64,000 bases of DNA. Source: Acidobacteriota bacterium (lineage in GTDB: Bacteria; Acidobacteriota; Blastocatellia; Pyrinomonadales; Pyrinomonadaceae). Location: NCBI GenBank assembly GCA_032230645.1, contig JAVXWN010000054.1:1511-65510 (forward strand). The letters run 5' to 3'. Shown here in pieces: positions 59,436 through 64,000 of this stretch (the stretch's first letter is position 1; every line of letters begins with the position of its first letter). The notes below the pieces were generated by a model, which saw only the letters and a program-made list of their open reading frames with translations, was not told where the DNA came from and ran no database searches. The position numbers and the translations under genes were made by a program.

Positions 59436-60806
59436 ATGTACGAATTCGCAGTCACGCCAGCCATCACGCAGATACGCCGCCGCGGCGTGACTATCACTGA
59501 GGTCGAGCCCGACAGCCTCGGCGCGGAGCTTGAGCTTGAGCCGGGCGACCGTGTCGTCAAGGTCAACGGCCGCACCGTGCGCGACTATCTCGACTTTCGC
59601 TTTCACACGGGCGGCGAGACCGAGATGGTGCTCGACATACTCAAGCGCGGCGGTGAAGAGTGGGAGGTTGAAATCGTCCGCGCAGAGGGCGAAGACTTCG
59701 GGCTCCAGTTCGAGAACATCGCGCCGCGACAGTGCGCCAACGAGTGTCTCTTCTGCTTCTGTAACGGCAACCCGCCCGACGCGCGCCCCGCGCTCTTCTT
59801 CCGCGACGAGGACGTGCGCCTCTCCTTTCTCTACGGCAACTACACGACGCTCACCTCGATCACCGAAGACGAGATGCAGCGCGTCATCGAGCAGCGACTC
59901 ACACCACAGTACGTCTCAGTCCACGCGACAGATTTGAAGGTGCGCTCGCTCCTGCTCGGCGTAGACGAGCGGCGCGCGGACATCTCCGACAAGATGCGCC
60001 GGATGATGGACGCTGGCATCGAGATTCACGCGCAGGTCGTGCTCTGCCCCGACATCAACGACGGCGAAGTCTTGCGAAAGACCGTGGACGATCTTGCGGC
60101 CGAGTACCCGAGCGTGCGCAGCGTCGCCATCGTCCCGCTCGGGCTCACACGCTATAACAAGGACGAGCGCCTGACACCCGTTACGCCCGAGTGGTGTCGA
60201 AAAATTATTCGCGAGGTCGGGACGATTCAGAAGGAGTTGCGCGCGCGTCTGGGAACGAACTTCGCCTTCCTCGGCGACGAGATTTACCTGCGCGCGGGGC
60301 GCGATGTGCCGGGGCGTCGTCACTACGGCGACTACCCGCAGATTGAAGACGGCGTTGGTATGGTGCGGTCGTTCCGCGAGGACTTCGCGCGCCTGCTGCG
60401 AAGAATCGAGAAGAGAAGACCGAGTGGTGGTGGTGGCGACGCCGCGCGCCTTCGCGGGACGATATTGACGGGGACACTGTTCGCGCCCGTGCTCGAAGAG
60501 CTTGTTGGGCAACTGAACGAGCGTACGGGGACGAGTCTTCGGGTCGTCGCGGTCGAGAATAAGTATTTCGGTTCGGAGATCGTCGTCGCGGGATTGATGA
60601 CGGGTGAGTGCGTGTTAGACGCGCGTGCGCGCATCGAAGGCGAGTTCGTCATCATTCCAAAGACGGCGCACAAATCAGACGAGCCAATCATGCTCGACGG
60701 CACGCGGCTCGACGAGTTGGAAGGCAAGCTCGGCCTGCCGGTTCTCGCGCTCGACCTTGAGGGGCTGGAAGCGTTGTTAATCGAAAGCCACGTGCGACCC
60801 GAATGA
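59436..60806 (+). CDS. PDZ-domain / DUF512 radical-SAM-like protein
   Basis: N-terminal PDZ (LEPGDRVVKVNGRTV) and CANECLFC, which is a CxxxCxxC pattern. Confidence 0.75.
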   Translation: MYEFAVTPAITQIRRRGVTITEVEPDSLGAELELEPGDRVVKVNGRTVRDYLDFRFHTGGETEMVLDILKRGGEEWEVEIVRAEGEDFGLQFENIAPRQCANECLFCFCNGNPPDARPALFFRDEDVRLSFLYGNYTTLTSITEDEMQRVIEQRLTPQYVSVHATDLKVRSLLLGVDERRADISDKMRRMMDAGIEIHAQVVLCPDINDGEVLRKTVDDLAAEYPSVRSVAIVPLGLTRYNKDERLTPVTPEWCRKIIREVGTIQKELRARLGTNFAFLGDEIYLRAGRDVPGRRHYGDYPQIEDGVGMVRSFREDFARLLRRIEKRRPSGGGGDAARLRGTILTGTLFAPVLEELVGQLNERTGTSLRVVAVENKYFGSEIVVAGLMTGECVLDARARIEGEFVIIPKTAHKSDEPIMLDGTRLDELEGKLGLPVLALDLEGLEALLIESHVRPE

Positions 60807-60812
60807 TGCTCG

Positions 60813-61883
60813 TCACGGCCGCGCGGTCGCGGTCTGCTTGCGAAGCTGGCTGATTATCTCGCGGATGGCATCGGCGTCTTTGGCCTTCGGCTCAAGCGTA
60901 AGGTACTTCTCCAGCGCCTCGATGGCGTGCGCGTTGTCGCCCATCTCTCTGTAGATTCCACCAAGATAACGATAAGCCTCGTTCACCTCCGTGCCGCCGA
61001 GTGTGATGGCGCGGTGCAGTTCCTTCTCGGCCTCCGTATAGTTGCGTTCTTTGACGAGCGTGCGGCCGAGGAAGAAGTGCGCGAGCACCGAGCCCTCCTG
61101 CTTCTGTAGCACGAGCCGTAGGTGCTGTTCGGCCCCCGGTAGATTGTTTCTATAGAAGAGCAGGATGCCGTAGTTGAGGTGCGGCGGCGCGGCATCGGGC
61201 GAGAGTTCCAGCGCGGAGCGGAGAGCTTCGGCGGCCTCGTCAAACTTGTTCACGCGCATGTACTGCACGCCCATCTCGTTGAAGGCAAGCATGAATTGCG
61301 GGTAGGCCGCGACCGCGCCCTTGAGCGCCTCGATGGCCTTGTCGCTCTCGCCGTCGTGCGCCGCCTTGAGCGCCTTCTCATAGAGTTTGAGCGCGGGCTT
61401 GGGCACACCTACGAGCGCCGTGCTCACCGTCCCCGGCTTCTCCGCCGCCGACTCCTTGTAGCGCAGTTGAACGTTGACGGTCTGCGTCATGCCTGAGCCG
61501 ATGCCCGAGTCGAAGATGTCGAACGTCTCGTTCACGGTCTGGTACTCGGGCCCCGCGTCAACGGTCAGAAAGTACGTGCCGCCCTGTAGCCGCCTGAAGA
61601 AGAAGCTGCCGTTGTCGTCCGTGAAGCCGAAGAGAGTCCCGCCTGTTGAGCCGACAATCTTGACCTTCGCCCTCGTTTCGAGCCGAGCGCCGTTCGGGAG
61701 CGTGACGTAGCCCTGAACGGAGTTGCGCGCACTGGCGCGCGTGCCGATGCCCATGCCGGGGTCGGCCTCCATTGCACCGGTCTGTGCGTGCGTCGAGTTG
61801 AAGATTAAGGGTAAGAGGAGGGCAGCGAAAAGGGCGGAGAGCGCGCGGCGGCGCGCGACTATGTCGGACGCTATGTTTGCCAT
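60813..61883 (-). CDS. secreted protein with a carboxypeptidase-regulatory-like domain and TPR repeats
   Basis: Signal peptide, GSFFFRRLQGGTYFLTV, then at least four TPR-like units. Confidence 0.65.
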   Translation of the reverse strand: MANIASDIVARRRALSALFAALLLPLIFNSTHAQTGAMEADPGMGIGTRASARNSVQGYVTLPNGARLETRAKVKIVGSTGGTLFGFTDDNGSFFFRRLQGGTYFLTVDAGPEYQTVNETFDIFDSGIGSGMTQTVNVQLRYKESAAEKPGTVSTALVGVPKPALKLYEKALKAAHDGESDKAIEALKGAVAAYPQFMLAFNEMGVQYMRVNKFDEAAEALRSALELSPDAAPPHLNYGILLFYRNNLPGAEQHLRLVLQKQEGSVLAHFFLGRTLVKERNYTEAEKELHRAITLGGTEVNEAYRYLGGIYREMGDNAHAIEALEKYLTLEPKAKDADAIREIISQLRKQTATARP

Positions 61884-62103
61884 GACGAAACTACTCCTGG
61901 GCAGAAGCGTTACGGGGAGCCGGAAAGTCTGTTCGGCGCGTGAGAGTATATCGCAAACCGTTCCGGCTGGCACGACGTTTTAAGCTGTGGACGATAACCG
62001 CCGCGCCCGAGGATGTTCAAAGACGGGCGGCCCGTGATACGCTCTCCGTCGCCCCCTCCCAAGGGGCACGAGACCACTCAACTCAAGCTCGGAGGCAAGC
62101 CAT

Positions 62104-62919
62104 ATGAAACGCAGGATACTTACGCCACTTTTCCTCTTGCTATGTCTCTGCGTGTCGGGCGCGTCGGTCAAAGGTGATGAGAAGGGCCCGACCGCCGACG
62201 AGATTATCAACAAACATCTGGAAGCGGTCGGCGGTCGCGCGGCGCTCGCCAAGTTCAAGACGCGCGTTGCGTTGGGAACCATCAAGAAAGAGGACGAGCC
62301 GGAGGGCAAGATGGCGATCATGTCCGAAGCGCCCAACCGTCTCTCGGTCTTCTACGGCTTTCGCGACTACTCGCTACAGATGATCTACGACGGCAAGGGC
62401 GCATACATCCGCCCTGCGCTCCCGCGACAGGTCTCTTACCTGACCGACAAGTATCAGGAGATGATGGCTTCGGGTCTGATGTTCAACGGTATCTCTCTCT
62501 ACAACCTGCTCGCGGCGAGCGAGCCGGGCACGCTCAAGTTCGAGGCCAAGGGAACGAAGAAGGTTGACGGCCGCACGGCTTACGTCGTTCAGGTCAAGCC
62601 ACCGAAGGGCTCCGCGATGCGGCTCTACTTCGACACAGAGACATACATGTGGGTGCGCACCGACTACGGGAAGGCTTCCGTTTCAAAAGAGATGGGGACG
62701 TTCACGAACGACGTGGTCAATCAGGGCGGCAGCGAGTTGACCGTTGACTTCTATGTCGAGACCTCGGACTTCCGCGACGTGGACGGCGTCAAGCTGCCCT
62801 TCAAGTTCGAGCAGGTGATGACGGCCCCCATCATGCGCCAGAAGGCTACGGGCACCATCATCGGCACCATCAGAGAGTATCAACACAACGTCAAGATAGA
62901 CCCCAACATGTTCCAGTGA
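62104..62919 (+). CDS. hypothetical secreted protein or lipoprotein (LolA-like fold suspected)
   Basis: Signal peptide containing a Cys (LLLCLCVSGA). The remainder is rich in beta-strand patterns. Confidence 0.45.
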   Translation: MKRRILTPLFLLLCLCVSGASVKGDEKGPTADEIINKHLEAVGGRAALAKFKTRVALGTIKKEDEPEGKMAIMSEAPNRLSVFYGFRDYSLQMIYDGKGAYIRPALPRQVSYLTDKYQEMMASGLMFNGISLYNLLAASEPGTLKFEAKGTKKVDGRTAYVVQVKPPKGSAMRLYFDTETYMWVRTDYGKASVSKEMGTFTNDVVNQGGSELTVDFYVETSDFRDVDGVKLPFKFEQVMTAPIMRQKATGTIIGTIREYQHNVKIDPNMFQ

Positions 62920-62955
62920 AGCGTCCGCTGCTGCGCTCTTTCGCGCCTTGAAGAG

Positions 62956-63002
62956 TTTTTCATCAACGCAGAGAGAGAGAGAGAATCTGCGTTGATGAAA
63001 AA
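62956..63002. terminator. bidirectional hairpin with a (GA)6 loop
   Basis: TTTTTCATCAACGCAGA pairs with TCTGCGTTGATGAAAAA. Confidence 0.7.
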
Positions 63003-63047
63003 TTCCGATTCACACCGACAGACTTCTCTCACAAAGATTCGTCGGCG

Positions 63048-63076
63048 AAAAAAAGGGGGAGCCCGGAGGCTCCCCC
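63048..63076 (-). terminator. rho-independent terminator of the partial TonB-dependent receptor
   Basis: GGGGGAGCC / GGCTCCCCC stem with T7 on the minus strand. Confidence 0.8.
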
Positions 63077-63103
63077 TTATGAACCGCTTCAGTCCGATCT
63101 CCC

Positions 63104-64000
63104 TTAGAAGATGAACTTGACGGCGAGTTGAATGTTGCGACGCCCATCCTTGAAGCCTTGGATGAAGCTGGTCTCGGCGACATCCGCCGTCGAACCTTGC
63201 ACGAACATGTTGGCGTGGTTGAAGACGTTGTACATCTCGCCACGCAACTGAATGCGGGTGTTCTCGGTAAGCGGGATGTTCTTGTAGACCCCGAAGTCGA
63301 AGTTCCAGAAGCCGGGGCCGCGGAAGGCGTTGCGCTTCGTCATGTTCGACGGGAAGGGCCCGAACTCGCTCGTCCCCGTAAGCGGGTTAATGAAGTTGCC
63401 AGCAGTCTGGCCGCTCAGGTCGAGCAGGTTGAACTCGTTCGGCTGGTCAGTGCCCGCCGGGTTCGAGTTGACGTGGGTCGCAAGCGTGCTGGTCGGAACC
63501 AGACGCGGGCAGACCTCGAATGCGGCGTTGGTGCAGTCGAAGATCGTGAACGGCTGTCCCGAGCGGATGGTGACGATGCCCGTCAGCGTCCAGCCGCCGA
63601 GTCCCTGACGAACGAAGTCATTGCTGTTCTTGTTCAGACCCCAGAGCGTGCCCGTGTCCCAGTTGAAGCTGCCGGAGAACCGGTGCCGCGTGTCGAAGTC
63701 GGCGTAGCCGTAGTCGAGCTTCGGATTGAACGGATCGAGCAGTCCGAGGTTGAAGTTGTTGCTCGACTCGCTGAAGGTCGAGCTCAGGTTGTCCTTCGTC
63801 ACCGAATAGGTGTAGCGGGCCGTGAACTGGAGCCCGAGGTTGCGAAGGTTGCTGCTCTCAAGCGAAGCGATCAGGGCATTGTAATTCGAGTAGCCCTTGT
63901 TGCCGCGCGTGTTGAGCGGGTAGTACTTGGTGTTGAGCAGCGCGTTCGGGTTCGCGGCCGTGAAGCACTCGGCCGCGCCGATGTAAATGCAGGCCGAGCC
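63104..64000 (-). CDS. TonB-dependent receptor, C-terminal part; the gene runs off the window
   Basis: It ends ...RRNIQLAVKFIF, paralogous to the tail of the 38321..41566 receptor. The reading frame stays open upstream of the track start through to position 64000. Confidence 0.8.
   Translation of the reverse strand, partial: GSACIYIGAAECFTAANPNALLNTKYYPLNTRGNKGYSNYNALIASLESSNLRNLGLQFTARYTYSVTKDNLSSTFSESSNNFNLGLLDPFNPKLDYGYADFDTRHRFSGSFNWDTGTLWGLNKNSNDFVRQGLGGWTLTGIVTIRSGQPFTIFDCTNAAFEVCPRLVPTSTLATHVNSNPAGTDQPNEFNLLDLSGQTAGNFINPLTGTSEFGPFPSNMTKRNAFRGPGFWNFDFGVYKNIPLTENTRIQLRGEMYNVFNHANMFVQGSTADVAETSFIQGFKDGRRNIQLAVKFIF

Overview
This window is the chromosomal replication-origin neighbourhood of a Gram-negative bacterium. 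An Acidobacteriota-like origin is my inference only, based on two TonB-dependent receptors with carboxypeptidase-regulatory-like N-termini and on the gene content. The classical block is present: mnmG'-mnmE-jag-yidC-yidD-rnpA-rpmH on the minus strand, then dnaA, an oriC with about 11 TTTTCCACA-type DnaA boxes, and dnaN on the plus strand. recF-gyrB should follow dnaN directly, but 17.26 kb (8592..25853) separates them. That segment has imperfect TG...CA terminal inverted repeats, phased subterminal repeats, a 5-bp direct duplication (CGAGG) and a TnsD/TniQ-type target selector. This is a Tn7-like element inserted about 22-26 bp past the dnaN stop, and no tnsA/B/C genes are visible. The slot where tnsABC would sit holds a GC-rich 12.3 kb block: a porin, two non-RD Ser/Thr kinases, a Tat-signal amine oxidase, a PP2C-beta-helix protein, a SEDS-bPBP fusion and an FhaA-like protein. 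Three of these genes carry lesions. A small XRE / bPH_2 / DUF4177 module follows the block. The remaining 34 kb (30-64 kb) is ordinary housekeeping and metabolism (AMMECR1 pair, thiolase, tyrS, purN/M/F, HtrA, ALDH, ald and others). It is punctuated by an unusual family of long intergenic hairpins whose arms are built from tandem heptanucleotide repeats. I saw no rRNA, tRNA or CRISPR array. All coordinates and motifs were read by eye from the sequence and ORF track, and no searches were run.
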